A stretch of DNA of 64,000 nt from the human T2T-CHM13v2.0 reference genome, Homo sapiens (GCF_009914755.1 NC_060942.1); one strand, 5' to 3'; positions 13,391 to 28,248 are shown, counted from the first letter of the stretch. A program made the numbers and translations. The notes: generated by a model from the letters alone, not told the origin.

Positions 13391-13779
13391 GACTTAAATT
13401 TCTTGTACTAGTTCTTGTTTCTTATTTGTTTCTTTAAAAAAAAAAAAAGATCTTTGTTCATTTTGTAAAATAATGTATAGTATCTCTAGAAAATTGAGAA
13501 AATATAGTCAAGCAAAATACATTCAATCAAATGCATTAAATTTTGCAATAAGTTTCCTTGCTAAAGAAAATAATATTCACATCTTAATTTCAGTGGCACC
13601 ATACTACACTGCAACAAAAATCTCTTAGTTTCAGCTTTATTAAAACAACAACAACAACAACAAAAAACAAAATTTGGTACTATTGCTACTAAATTCTATT
13701 CACTACAAAAAACAGTCATAGAATCTGCTAAAAAAAAATTATGACATTAGTCCAGTTAAGTTTGTGTTTGGATACATGT

Positions 13780-14171
13780 AATCAAAAAGTTGGAGTTGTT
13801 TTGCTTCACATGGAGACCCCTTCAGATGGGTGGCCCATGTCTGATAGGCCAGCCGCATGGACACAGCCAGGCTTGCTCTTCTGTCCCTGACTTCTTCTTG
13901 GTGCCCATTGTCCTCATTTGTACAACATGCCTGGCAGCTCCAGGCTGTCGTCTGTGGTCCTGTCATGAGCATGTATCAAATGAACCTATATTTTTTTCTT
14001 AATAAATACACTTGGTAAAGTTTCACTTACACCTTGTCGGCCACGTGACCCCTCTTAACCGCAAATGAGCCTGGAAATCAGGTTTTTTGATTTACCCCAA
14101 TTCCCTGGAACAAAACCAAGATACTGTTAAGGCAAATGGAGTTTGTGGCAGGCACATCAGTGTCTGCCACA
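13780..14171 (-). mobile_element. LTR33-like ERVL LTR
   Basis: gccacgtgacccctcttaaccgcaaatgagcctggaaa ... aacaaaaccaagatactgtt ... cagtgtctgccaca terminus. Confidence 0.6.
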
Positions 14172-14373
14172 GAGGCCAGTGTCCTTAGAGGGCTGGGCAC
14201 CTACGTGGCACATAATAGTGCTGCACTACCAGTTGGATGCAATTGTCCATGCACAGGCAGTCATAATTGCATATATTGCCACACATATCTCAGTATGAAC
14301 ACAGAGCAGAATACACAAACACATTAGAAAGTATTTGCCTGAATAAGAATGGTACTTTTATTTCTCCATTTAG

Positions 14374-14463
14374 CCAGATGATGCTTCTCTCAACAGTACT
14401 ACCCTGTCTGACGCATCCCAGGATAAAGAAGGGAGTTTTGCGGTTCCCAGGAGTGACTCTGTG
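14374..14463 (+). CDS. ARHGAP28: ARHGAP28 exon, PDDASLNSTTLSDASQDKEGSFAVPRSDSV
   Basis: tttctccatttag acceptor, GTG|gtaagt donor, 90 nt phase 0-0. Confidence 0.93.
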
Positions 14464-15899
14464 GTAAGTCATCCATGTCAGCACAGTTACATGTCAAGGT
14501 ACAGTTGCAAGTCAAAGCAACTAATGTAGGAAGGTAAGAAGAAGCAATTCTTTAAAACATTAAAAAATACTTGAGCTAAGATTGCAAGGAAACCACAGCT
14601 GCTGGTAGAACTACTAACTTTGTAAAAATTAGGAAGAAAGAGGCTCAAAATAAATGAGGACTCCATGGATTCATGTCACTGCAGCCAGAAATCAAAGGAT
14701 GTTTTTTATGTGTATCAATTTGGAGGAATTTGTTAACTTTGGTCTTCTCAGCTGAGCTCACTCAGAAAAATCCCAGAGGTTTGATGACGTGGCTTAACTA
14801 CCGTCTTAACCCAGAAGTTCCTTTTACCCACAGGATAAATTCAAAACCTTCATCTTGATGTTGAAGGCTCTCCACTATGCCTTAGTTCTCAGGACTCACT
14901 CATGCAAACTCTTTACCTTCAGATGAATTCATTCACTTGGTCTTAAGTAACAGAACTTGTACTTTTGTTTTGTCAAAAATTTTTGTCATTCCCCCTCCCG
15001 TCACCCCCACTGCGAATCCCCATTCATTGTCTCTGAGCAGGAGCTCTGCAGGGAGGATATGATAGACCCTCCACAGAAGACAGTGAGAGACCCCATCAGA
15101 TGAGGCAATTGTTTTCCAGTGGCTGGTTGATGGAAGGCAGCAGTTAGCACAACAGCCACTCAGATGGAGGTGGCACATTCAAAGGTTCTGCTGGGGCAGT
15201 TTTTCCTCAACCCCTGTCCATTTCGAGAAACAAGGAGCTGATGACATTTACATGCATGACACATTCCTAGGAAATCCCTGTTGTTTAGGGAGATAATGCT
15301 GTTAGCCCCACATAAATTAACTTTGCTGTTGTGTTTTTAGATTTTTGTTTATGGTATTGTTTTGTTGCACAGTGATCATGTAAGAGGAATAAAATAATAT
15401 GAGTGACTTTTATCATTGATTAACTTACTAATAACTCTGTAGGTTATGGCATAAATAGGCTGAGGGTTACCCACAATATCTGACCCACTGACTGTAAATC
15501 AGCTCTTACTTTCCCATTCAAGACCAGGCATTGGGATGCAAATGAGTGAGAGTGTCTCTGCTTTAGACGTCATCTCAAATTCATCTCACTTATTAATGAA
15601 AACAAAGTCAGTCATTCACAAAGTCTGGTAACTGTTCGAATAAGGAGTGACCTGCAGTAGATCTTACACAGTTGTGCTATTCCCTTGTGACTGGGGACTG
15701 GTGCCCTGAGGACTTGCCCAGGATCCTTTATCTTCCACCGCAGCTTGTGGCACCCATGTGCCCAACAGTCACCCCTGCATGGCAGCCTCAACTCTGCCTC
15801 CCTCCTCCCCTCTTCATGCGCATCTCTGAGACCTGTGAATTTCATCATGTGAATGGTTGTAAAATCTTTCTGCTCCCCTCCTGTCTTACAGTCTCTCAG

Positions 15900-16120
15900 T
15901 ACAGAAACTCATTGTTATCTTCTGTACTGCTGAAGTAGCCTCCTAAGTGATCTCCAGACTTTAGCTTTATTCCCTTCAAATTCATCCCTCCCAGAGCCTC
16001 AAGTCATTGATTTAAAATACAAGTCTCGCTTACAGCCTGCGGTGGTTCTCCAACTTTCTAGTTAACCTGGAAGCTCCTGACATGGTCAGACCCCTTGTCG
16101 GCCTCTGTAGCTGGCTTTAA
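15900..16120 (+). mobile_element. L2 fragment
   Basis: tagcctcctaagtgatctcc...ttcatccctcccagagc...aaaatacaagtct resembles L2. Confidence 0.5.
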
Positions 16121-17968
16121 CACCCCCAGCATTTTGTACAAGCAGCAGCACAGGACTGCGTGTGGTTCCATGCACACACCACCAGAACTTGGAGGAGGAT
16201 GATTGTATGATTGAGTTGCCAAAGGAGAGGATGGTAGGCATGCCTTCCTTTCTAGGTGTTTCCATGGCAGCTCCATGGCCACAATTTTATTTCTGGTAAG
16301 ACTGCTGGTCATATTTTTCTATTTCTTTATTCTTAGCTGCGAACTTCTTCGCATCGTTGGTTCATTCAGTCATTCATTCAGCAAATTCTTACTGAGCACA
16401 TATTGTCTACAAATAGGCTTTTTGCAAGTTTGAGGGTATAAGAGAAAGAAAAGGGTCTTGTGTGGCAGTTATAGAGCTGTCCAGGGTAAGTTAATCACCC
16501 AGATTTTATTTTTATTTTCATTTTGTTTTTTTCTGAAGGCAGGTTGAATGCCAGTAATGACATAAATAAAAGTTTCAGCAGTATTGGGTCTAAAAAATAT
16601 CTCACTGGCACTGGCCTTCGACTTGACTTACCTTGGATTGTTTGTTACTCAGAGTATCTTTTAGAAAAGGTAAACAAAATGATTATTTGCTAGAGTGGCT
16701 CACTGATGCCAAGTTATTGCTTTGGTAACTACATTTTGGGCCCTGTGCTTCTTGGTTATAAGGAACCACAGGGACCCCAGTTTGGTTTCCCAGTCTCTTC
16801 TAGAAGGAGGGATATCCGGTAATCAAATGAAGCAGGGGCCAGGGCTTCAGGGGTCCTGTCTGTGACACCTGTAAAAATAAACCTCTCCTGCCAGGCTAAA
16901 TTCCCGGGGCCAACTTACTGTCACCCCCAAGACTTCAGGGGGCCCCGACAACTTGCCCTACTGGAATTTATGTTGTAAAATGGTAAAAGAAGGTAACCTA
17001 AATTATCTTTTCCATAAGATAGCCATGACCTAACCCGTATCTTTCCCCCAGTCTTTAATCATTTCTTCATGTTTGAAATGCCAACTTTATGAGAAGTAAA
17101 TCCACCAGGTTTGCAGATGTCTGTCTCTATGGTTTGTTTTAGAAATCTGTTAGGGTAAGTTCCCCTTCATCAAAGTCTGCATTAAAATTTCCTTTGGCCC
17201 TTCTTAGAAATTTTTTCTTCCAGATGAACTTAGAAAAAGGCTATGACTACCTCATAAAAAATCTTGTTATGACTTTATTAAGAATTTCATTGAATTTAAA
17301 GATTAATATTGGAGAGAGAATCCACATCTCAAAACATTGAGTCTTCCCATTGAGGAATAATAATTGTGTCTTTCCATTTATGTGTGTCTTCTATCCTTCA
17401 GTGAGGTTTTATAATTTATTCCTTTAAGTCTTACACGCATTTTCACACATACTAGTTTGCATTGGTATTTAAACCGTAAGATTTTTAATGATATTTTCTA
17501 GCTTGTTTTGCAGATATATAAGGAAAGTAGGTTTTTTTGTTTCTTATAAGTGTCTCCTTTAGCTTCCTTCCTGAAGCTTTTCTGCTGCTAAAAATTTTTC
17601 ATTTAATTTTATGATTTTTCTCAGAAATCATCTGCATATATGGAAAATTTTATTGACTCAGTATGTAAAATAATTATTTATCTCATTGTTTTCCCTTAGA
17701 GGACTGACCACAATCACTTATAACATTGATTAATAATTATGAGGATCCTTTGATAAGTTCTTGATTTTTCTTATGAATTCTTCTAATGTTTCATCATTAA
17801 GGAGAGTATTTATTCTAAGATTCTGAGCTTTATAATTGTTTTAATCAGGAATGGAGTTTAAATTATATCAAATGATTTTCCAACATCTGTTAAGATGAAT
17901 GTAATGTTTTCCTTCTTTAATCAATTACTTTAGGAAGTTACATTGATAGGTTTTTCTTATATTGAACT

Positions 17969-18036
17969 ATAACACAATAAATTGGGTTCATCCAAGAAAT
18001 AAAATAAAATTGGATGAACCCAATTTATTGTGTTAT
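17969..18036. repeat. Perfect 27-bp inverted repeat with 14-nt spacer
   Basis: ataacacaataaattgggttcatccaa (17969-17995) is the exact reverse complement of ttggatgaacccaatttattgtgttat (18010-18036). Confidence 0.97.
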
Positions 18037-18267
18037 GTTATTCTTTTATTAAACTGTAGAATTTGATTCACTACTATTTTAGTATTTTAACCTGTATTCT
18101 AGTAAACAGGATTAGTCTACACATACAATTTATTAAAATTTGTTTAGCAGGGTTATGCTAACCTTTGTACAAATATGTTGAAAACTCTGGGTTCTTTTCT
18201 GTACCTTGGAGCCATTTATCGAACTATGATATAAACATATAATATATAAATCTACACATATTTATAA

Positions 18268-18930
<663 letters not shown>

Positions 18931-19244
18931 TGTTTAATTTTTTAATGGATGTAATTTAAGGGTTAGATTATTTTCTATCCCAATTTGTATGAATTTTGGT
19001 AATGTGTATTTGCTTTATCAAGATATACAGTTTATTTCAAATTACAAGGTATGTTGTTATAAATTTATTGTGTGTGTACACATATACATGCATACACATA
19101 CACAAATGTTTATTTACATTATAATTTTAAATTATCTGTGATGGTAAATATTACTCATTTTTGTTTCTAAAATGTGTGCGTTATATCTTAATCAGACTCT
19201 AAATAGTTGCCCGTATCAGCAATATATTTTAAATTAATAAACTT

Positions 19245-19465
19245 TATTATTATTTATTTATTTATTTTTGAGAGAAAGTCTTGCTTTGTCACCGAGGCTG
19301 GAGTGCAATGGCATGATCATGGCTCACTGCAGCCTTGAATGACTGGGTTCAAGCTGTTGGCCTATTTCTGCTTCCCCAGTAACTGGGATTATACGTGTGC
19401 ACCACCATGCCCAGCTAAATTTTTTTTTTTTAAGTAGAGATGAGGTCTTGCTATATTGCCCAGGC
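19245..19465 (-). mobile_element. Truncated AluJ followed by a short L1M 3' end (to about 19560)
   Basis: gatcatggctcactgcagccttgaa; ttttagagcagtttcaggttcgcagcaaaattgag. Confidence 0.85.
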
Positions 19466-20689
19466 AGAACTTTATTTTTTAGAGCAGTTTCAGGTTCGCA
19501 GCAAAATTGAGTGGAAAAGTACAGCGATTTCCCATATCCCCCCATTCCTATGCATGCCTAATCTTTCCAGCAGCAATATTTTTAAAGAGATAACTAACTT
19601 TATTTAATTGTGCCTATTTTTTCCTATTGCAATAATTTATTCAAATCTTATTTTTTTACATTCTTTCTTGGCTCTACTTGGATAATTTTTTCTCATCTCT
19701 TAGAGTATGAAGATATTTCCCTTAATTTTAGTCATTTGCATTAAAGTTAAGAATCTCTGAATAAAACTTTGGCTATTCTCATGGATATTTGGTATTTAAT
19801 GTTCTCATTGTCTTAATATTTAGGTATTTAGGTTATAATTTCAGATGTGAACAATGTTTTAATTCAAGACATCATCAGAATACCTTTAAATTCATGTTGA
19901 ATAGATTTTGCAAGTGTTATATCTTCTGCTGTAAAATGCATTGCATATTTGTCAGTGAATGTGGCTTCCTTAAGTTGGTCTCTGGGGACTCTGGCACAGT
20001 GTTTTTTGCAAGTTGTGGATTTGTCCATTCTGATCTTGGTTGCAGAACAAGAAGATGAGGAGCCTTACTGTCTTGGTTTAATCAAGCACAGGTGGCTTTA
20101 GTACATGGAGTCATATAGCACAGAAACTCAAACCATGGGCAAAAACCAAACAGCCAGTCAGAGAGATCATAAACATGTTTTGAGTCAGTGAAATTTTAAG
20201 TAGTGAACAGAGCATTGAAAATGTTTCGTATGGTCTTTATTGAATATGGAGGACATACCAGATAACTTTAGTCAAAGTCTAGGAGAAAACTATAGCAGAT
20301 AGTACCAGGCTCCTACAATTTAAAATTTAACATAATAACCCCTCATACTCTACTTTCCAATCCTAGCTTGGTGTAACTAGGGCAGCAGAGCAACTTTCAG
20401 CAGAGGGAAAACACCCGTTGTGATTCTGTCACTTCCCTTAGCAGTGAAAGCCCTGGTGAGAAACACATGTGGTTGATCACATTAGGGAAACGGTGGGCTC
20501 AGTTATGAACAAGCTGGGGAAGGTTGCTTTAAATGGGGGTGGTCTTTATATTTAAAATACATTAAAATCACTAGTACAAATCAAAAACGATGCTAGTCGT
20601 AATATAATCCTTAATGAGGAACGGATGTTTTAAAATGATATATGTCAAGCATCTAGCCTTCCTGCTCAACCTACATCCCAACTCAGGTA

Positions 20690-21265
20690 ACGTTTATTGG
20701 CTGCCGCTGTTCCTTCATCTCCACCATGAATCATTCTTCTGCTGTAACACAAAGATGTGCATTTGTTTGTCTTGCTCTGTTTTGTTTCTAACCTTTAGGA
20801 TTCTAAGTCTCAACTCTTTGACGTGGCTTTCAAAACCTTCCATAATTTGCACTGACTCTCCTGATTAATTTATTTCTTATGTTTTTCTAATACCATGACT
20901 TGACTCCTGGTACCCCAGTCTCTTCATGATCCCTGGTGCTGAAATGCTTCAGATATTTCCATGCCTGAAATTTCTGCTTCCATCTCCATCTGGCCTGAAT
21001 GCTTCTGCATGTCTCCTCTTGCCTTTGGAAGTCCTTTTCATTATTCCTTAAGTTCCAGCTCAAGTCCAACCACCTCATCAGTGGAAACCTTCTGGGCAGC
21101 ACCTCTTCCCTCTCAATCGCTCTCCAATAACACTTGCAGTTGGTATTACAGAAATTAGTTCTTAACAGTGGCTTCATTTTCGTAATGCTTTGTAAGTGTT
21201 ATTCTGTTCTTCTCATTGTAAGTAGCTCAAGAGCAGGGATTATGACTCAAATTTCTGCTTCCCCC
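20690..21265 (+). mobile_element. L2 fragment, degraded
   Basis: acgtggctttcaaaaccttccataat, ttccagctcaagtccaaccacctcatcagtggaaacc, aagagcagggattatg. Confidence 0.55.
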
Positions 21266-22342
21266 AAGAAAGTCCCATAATTATTTACATTACAAAGAGC
21301 AGGCACTCATTCAGTACAATTAACTGGCTAGGGGCCAGTAAAACTGTCAGAGAAAATTAAAATAATGACACTCAGTAGGTTTAAGTATCCCAAACCATCA
21401 GTTTCAAGCCCTAAATAAATAAAAAAGTCTTATCAATTTTCAAAAGAGTCTTCTCTCCCATAGGTAAGTTATTTCAAAGTCTGACAAAGCATTTCTTTGT
21501 TGGAAAACTTAAGGAAAGGGAAAAGTTGTCCACATCTCTTTAAGGATTTGAGTGTCTGGGTAATCTTTATTCCGTATTGTTACTTGTAGAGCCACCAAAC
21601 ATTGGCCAGACAATGAACCTACATGACCCTAGACCTTTTTTCGGTTTGTCATTCTTCCACCAATTACAGTAATTGGGCATCTATGTTTTAATAATTGGAC
21701 ATCTATTCATACACCATTTACACAATTATAATTGTATCAACTGTTTTGAAATAAAATAGGAATAAAAGGAGATCATGAGGCTCAGAATTCAAGACCCCTT
21801 TGCGCAACTTGTAGTACATGATAAAAGACCTTTCATGAAGCAGGTGTTCAGTTATTGCTAAAGAAATATGAGAATAAAAAAAGAAATCAGGCTCTGGGGG
21901 AAAACATTTTATGTGTGAATAGCATATAAAAGATTCTTGATGGAGTAGCAGATTTCACTATCACACATATTCACAGAGAACTCCCACATTAAAATTTATA
22001 AGATTTGCATGTAAATTGTTTTGATAGGATTTGTGTGTAAATTTTTACTGATACCCATCCAGACCTAGGCAGGAGCTTGCTTCACAGGCCTTTACCAGGA
22101 TAGGTACTCAACTTCTGATAATACTGAAGGGGAGTTCAGTGCTCTGGCAGGATTTCAATTTAAAAAATACCAAATTAATTAAGAGGGGAAATTGAATTAG
22201 AAAAGATACCTAATATTTTGTTAGTTACTATCACTCTGTGTTTTGCTGTGAGGGAATTAATATGTTAATGTTATATTAACAATATAATTAATATAAGTAA
22301 GACAAAAATGCATGAAGATTAATTAACAAATGATATTATAAT

Positions 22343-22466
22343 TATCGAATTATATGACATCAGGCATCATAATTTCTACATCTTAGCAAAGGTATAAGCA
22401 GCAATATCAAATTATGTGATGTCAGGAATCATAATCTCTACATCTTAGCAAAGGTATAAGCAGCAA
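22343..22466. repeat. 62-bp tandem duplication, diverged
   Basis: Two copies of tatcRaattatRtgaYRtcaggMatcataatYtctacatcttagcaaaggtataagcagcaa. Confidence 0.93.
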
Positions 22467-22717
22467 ATATTTAAGAGCTAGGAAAGCACAGTTATATGGA
22501 CCTTACATTGTTCCCTTTTGTGAAACATGTGTAAGCTGCACACATCCAAACTGAATGCAGAAACAGGAAATCAGATGCCGGTCCTTTATGAAATCAAGAA
22601 TGGCTTTTTTTATGTGAAAATAACTCTTGTATACTGCAGAACATAAGTCAGGCTGAAATGTGAGGTGGACTGTATTTATGGTAAAATGTTTTGTGTTCAT
22701 CTTCCTTTGCTTGGCAG

Positions 22718-22802
22718 GCTATACTTGAGACCATTCCAGTTCTACCAGTTCATTCCAATGGATCACCGGAGCCTGGACAGCCAGTTCAGAATGCGATAAG
22801 TG
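22718..22802 (+). CDS. ARHGAP28: ARHGAP28 exon, AILETIPVLPVHSNGSPEPGQPVQNAIS(D)
   Basis: cctttgcttggcag acceptor, GTG|gtgagc donor, 85 nt phase 0-1. Confidence 0.92.
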
Positions 22803-23394
22803 GTGAGCGGCATGCCTCCTGTTGAACTTCAGCTGTGTCTTCTCGCTTTTGTTCTGGCACTCAATACAGTTAGCAGTGAATTTCTAAAAGCGAAGTATAA
22901 GTGTGCTTTTCTCCCTGTTGTGATTCTGTCACTTCCATCGCTCACTCCTTCCACCCAACTCCAAACACCCCATTCTGTCACACAAGACAAAATTAATAGA
23001 GCCAGATTGGAAGCAGAATCTTTTCCTCCTTCACGACCACCTCATCATTTAGAAACTCCTCACATGGCTAGTGTCTTTGCTTTAAAGGCTGTTTCCCAAG
23101 TGATGTGGTCTGCCAGGAGTAGGCCACTTCTGAGGATCCCTACTCACTGCTCAGGCACACGCAGCACCAGAGCAGCTTGCCCCTGACAAGGCTGCTGGGG
23201 AGGCTTTTATCTGCGCCTCTTCCGCTTGAGAGGTGGGCTCCCTAGATGGGCTAGGTATGGAATCTCAGATCCTCCTTGTAGGAAATAGGCCCCTTTTGGC
23301 CATATTTTTGTGATTTCTCAGTTTTTCCCAAAATACATGCATTCTTTTTGTAAATAATGGATCCTGTGCTTTTTTCAGCATTGGCTTCAAAAAT

Positions 23395-23560
23395 AAAGGT
23401 GCTGAGGTGATGAAAATGTTCTAAAATTGATCATGGTGATGGTTGTACCACTCTGTTAATAAGCTAAGAACCACTGGCAGGTACACTTTAAACGGGTGAA
23501 TCGAATGGCATGTGAAGTGTATCTCAATAAAGCTGATAAGAAAAAATAAAAATAAAAAAG
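23395..23560 (+). mobile_element. L1MB-type 3' terminus
   Basis: ggtgatgaaaatgttctaaaattgatcatggtgatggttgtac...tatctcaataaagctg plus A tail. Confidence 0.85.
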
Positions 23561-23817
23561 AAGGGACTTGCCAGACATTAGTATTCTACATCATTCTATT
23601 TGTTGCCATACTGTGACTTAGTTGCAATCATGCCACTAAAAACCAGCCTTCTACGTGGAATTGTCCTGTGGTTTGGAGCATTGGCCTGTTTAATTGCTGC
23701 TCTCCAAAGAGGCTCTTTATAGATCCATAGGTAGTTAGAGTTCTATTTGTTTATCTTCCTCTGTTTTGAATGCAAGCCCCTGTATAACAAGGGAGCATCA
23801 TAGCTCTCCTTTTGCCA

Positions 23818-24141
<324 letters not shown>

Positions 24142-25154
24142 TAAGTTCTCGCTGCACTCATTTATTATTGTGTTTTTAATTAGCATCACTATTCAGAATT
24201 TTTATATCTGTTGACTTACAAATTTCTCCACCTAATTTTAATGTAAAATTAACTAAGTTTTCTTTAATTCTGCCTTTTGTTCCTTTTGTTATACTTGGTA
24301 GTCCCCTAGTCAGTGCCTACAGCAGAGGGCAAAAGAGAATGAGTTCTTTTTATAATAAAATAATTATTCACTTTGCATATGAACAGTTTTGCCAGGCAAT
24401 GAAACCAGATGACAAGCTGAAATCTGAATCCGAAATCAGGTTAGGATCGCTCAAATGATTTATGGATTCACTTGTTTTTGCTCAGTGACTCTTTTGTCTT
24501 AACTTTCAAATTAGCTTGAGAAAAACATTTTTAAGGGGTACTACATATAACCCATTCAGCTTTTTCTCAATGTATGTCATACAAGATCAGGTAACCAATA
24601 TTAAATAACAGAAATTCCGATTAATTCACCTGAACAAATTTAGCCATGAAATACAAATGGAATTTGAACAAACCTTAAGAGGCAGATATTCCACAGGTGA
24701 GGGAAGAAACAACAGGAGTCAAAGCAGAGAGGAATTCTAGCAGTTTCCAGCCTTTCTTCCTCTGCTTTAAGCTTCTGCTTACCCGTAACAGTGACATTGG
24801 GTCTAGATGAGCTTAATTTTAATATCATAAGAATATATAGAAATACCCTATTTTGGACTTTCTTTTAATAATCCTCAGCAACTTTCATGAGACATACAAA
24901 TCTAAAATTTTAAAAATCAGAGTAAATAGTTTGTTTGGGCAATGATGATAAAAATGTGTCCATATGGAGGTCTGTGATGCGACACTGTTGTTTAACTGAA
25001 CTCCTCGGGGTGAGTCTGCTGCTTTTCCTCGCATATAAACACTGTAACGTGCTTGTGGATTCACTTGTAAATATTTTGAATTTGTTTTACAGCAAATAGT
25101 ATTGATTGATTAAATAGCATATTAAATAGTCTGTATTCTTTGTTTTGTCTTTAG

Positions 25155-25297
25155 ATGATGATTTTCTGGAAAAGAACATTCCACCAGAGGCTGAAGAGCT
25201 GTCATTTGAAGTGTCTTATTCAGAAATGGTTACGGAGGCTCTAAAAAGAAATAAACTTAAGAAATCAGAGATTAAGAAAGAAGACTATGTTTTAACT
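25155..25297 (+). CDS. ARHGAP28: ARHGAP28 exon, (D)DDFLEKNIPPEAEELSFEVSYSEMVTEALKRNKLKKSEIKKEDYVLT
   Basis: ttttgtctttag acceptor, ACT|gtaagc donor, 143 nt phase 1-0. Confidence 0.94.
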
Positions 25298-25347
25298 GTA
25301 AGCAAAACCTTTCATGATTATTCCAGGAACTTCCTGTGACTTCATAG

Positions 25348-25664
<317 letters not shown>

Positions 25665-26439
25665 AAGATTTCTTTTTTTAAATATCTGTGTGTGTGCACG
25701 GGGATTTCAGCGGCCAGGCATCACACTGCTCACACTACCATTGGGGGTGTTATGTGGGCACCACTTGTTGTGCAGTGCACAGCCTGCCTGGCTGTACCTG
25801 TGTGGAGGAAAAGTTGTGAGGCTGTAGGCTTGAATACTGTTTTACAAATGAAATAGGATTCTACCTGCCTGGCTTGTGAGCTTTCTTGCACTTTATATTC
25901 TTACTTTTCTCATACATCAATGCAGACCCTACCTTTACACACTTGTGCCTCTATAAGCCACATATCAGAAGAGGGGACTGCAAAAAGTCACAGTCATGAG
26001 AGGAAGTGAGAGCTCATGGAACAGACAATAAAAACACATCAAAACCAATTCAAGAACTTCTATTAGTACATGATGGGCAAAGAGAGCTATATACTTTGTT
26101 ACCCCCAAAGTCTCATTATTTATATCCAGAATGTTATATCCAGGAGGCCTAATAGAGAACGATGTAACATTGGTCTGTTTGCCATTCAACCAATGCATGT
26201 GTGAAAAGTTTATCTTGTGGAGTCCTGAATACTCTGTGCTGATTACGGTTGGATGCTTGATGAGCAGGGCCCAGGCAGTTTCAGAGCTAAAAAACTGAGT
26301 CATGCAGAAACAGACTTTTTGTACCAGGTGACTTGGACCGTTCCCAAACAACCATCCCATGACAGAGGACAGGAAGAGGAAAGGAAGAACTCTAGGACTC
26401 ACGGAGTGCCTTCTACGGGCCTGACACTATACTAGATAT

Positions 26440-26600
26440 TCTATTAATAATGTAAGGTGGACCCTAGTGATTACGTCCATTTTACAGCTGAGGAAACTGA
26501 GGCCCAGAGAGGCTAAGTAACATGTCCAAAGTCTGCAGCTAGTGGGAAGCAGAAATAGGATTTGAAACTAAGTGTGTCCAACTTCAAAACCCTTCCTGGT
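26440..26600. mobile_element. MIR
   Basis: ccattttacagctgaggaaactgaggcccagagaggctaagtaa core. Confidence 0.85.
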
Positions 26601-27973
26601 CCCTAAGCAGTCTGCAGGTTAGAGGGCAACATGTGGTGGTCGAGGGAAAAGAGAGAAGCCTGCAGGACTCTGGTTTCAGGGGGAGCCCCTCCTTATCTTA
26701 AAGAGAGGCATGCAAGAGAGGATGCTGGCCCCTGCATCTCCTCATCGAAGCCAGCTCCTTCTGAGGTTTGGCTCTTCCCATGAAGAACTTTGCATAGGAT
26801 TTAGCACATAGTAGTTGGTCAATAAGCGATTGCAGTTTTTGTTTATATTGTTGTTATGTGTTACTATTATATGAGGACTTAGCCTCAGAAAGAAGGTAAA
26901 CTAGCTAAGCATTTAATAGCACAAGGCATGCCCCAAGCCACATCCTATATTTTGTTTCATTTTTAAATTCTTGAGGTTCCAAGGAGCAATTATTGAATGA
27001 ATAAAAGAATGAATGAATGGGCAGATACTTTGACTACCCCAAGGAAGCTCCAGTTTAGGAAACTCCTATGGAAAATGTGAACTTAAAGCTTTATAATTTA
27101 AATTTAAGTGTTTATAATTTAATCTATGGGGTTTTTTTTGTTTTACTTCAGCATTTTTTTTCAATACCACTCTTTCTGAGGGCAAAGTGAACCTGTGGAT
27201 ATTATATAAGAATAATCTTTTGCTTCTAAAAGGTCTTGCTGCTGAAATTCTTCACAATATTTCTGGATTGTTGAAGGATTTGCTGCTGTTGTTGTTTTAG
27301 TGTCTTTTGTTTCTTGTGTGAAAATAGAGAATATGTCAGTATCGTTGTCTTCAAAATCATAGTAGGATTGTTTGCACTTTCTCTGTATTTGCTTTTTTAA
27401 GAATTTGGAATCATTTAAATTTAATTTTTATGGTAGAATAACTGTTGTCTCAGCAAGCATATATAATCAGTTTAAACTGGGAGATTACTAAAAGTCTCTT
27501 AAAGTGTGCAGTATGGGATAGATAAACCTTGATTTAAAGATTGACTGCCCAAGAAGGAAAAAAAAAACATATGTTTAGAGCTCTCCTGGGATATACCTAG
27601 GTGTGTTTCCTGTTATGTGTGTGTCACATTTATTCCAATTAAGGGCCATGGTGTGTGCATTCCATGTGGTGCCTGACATGTATGTTGTTTGACAATATTG
27701 GGTGTTCCTTATAAAGAAGGCAGTTTCCACAGTTGCAATGGCAATGTTATCATATACTTTAGACTGCTGTTTTGCTTCTAATTAGCATAGCAGTGATCTG
27801 CACATTGTTCTAAACCACATATTCATATTTCTAGGATGCAGCATGCTCCTTAGAGATGTTTTCCAAAGAACACGTTCTACTGCATAGATTTAGAGTGTCC
27901 AGGTGGCATTTGAGTGAACGCATAATAATTTTCCTTTGCCATAAAAAATAAATACCTTCACTGTGTGTTTTAG

Positions 27974-28139
27974 AAATTTAATGTTCAGAAAACCAGATTT
28001 GGCTTAACTGAAGCAGGAGATCTGTCTGCTGAAGACATGAAGAAAATCCGCCATCTCTCTCTGATTGAATTGACTGCCTTTTTTGATGCCTTTGGAATTC
28101 AACTGAAAAGGAACAAAACAGAGAAAGTAAAAGGACGAG
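27974..28139 (+). CDS. ARHGAP28: ARHGAP28 exon, KFNVQKTRFGLTEAGDLSAEDMKKIRHLSLIELTAFFDAFGIQLKRNKTEKVKGR(D)
   Basis: gtgtgttttag acceptor, GAG|gtaact donor, 166 nt phase 0-1. Confidence 0.95.
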
Positions 28140-28248
28140 GTAACTAAGAAGACTGATTGCTTCTGGCTTTAACACTTTGACACAGTGGAATAAGATAATG
28201 CTTTTCTAATTCTTTTTTTTTTTCCCCCTTTACTGTCTCACAATGAAG

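Noticed and set aside
12944-13397. Alu-type peptides here and at 18298-18839, 37874-38248, 58196-58788 and 62655-63093
   Set aside because: Translations of Alu consensus sequence; no exon evidence
22800-23186. 128-aa ORF starting at an exon end
   Set aside because: Out of frame with exon 22718-22802, GTG start overlapping the donor, no recognisable domain
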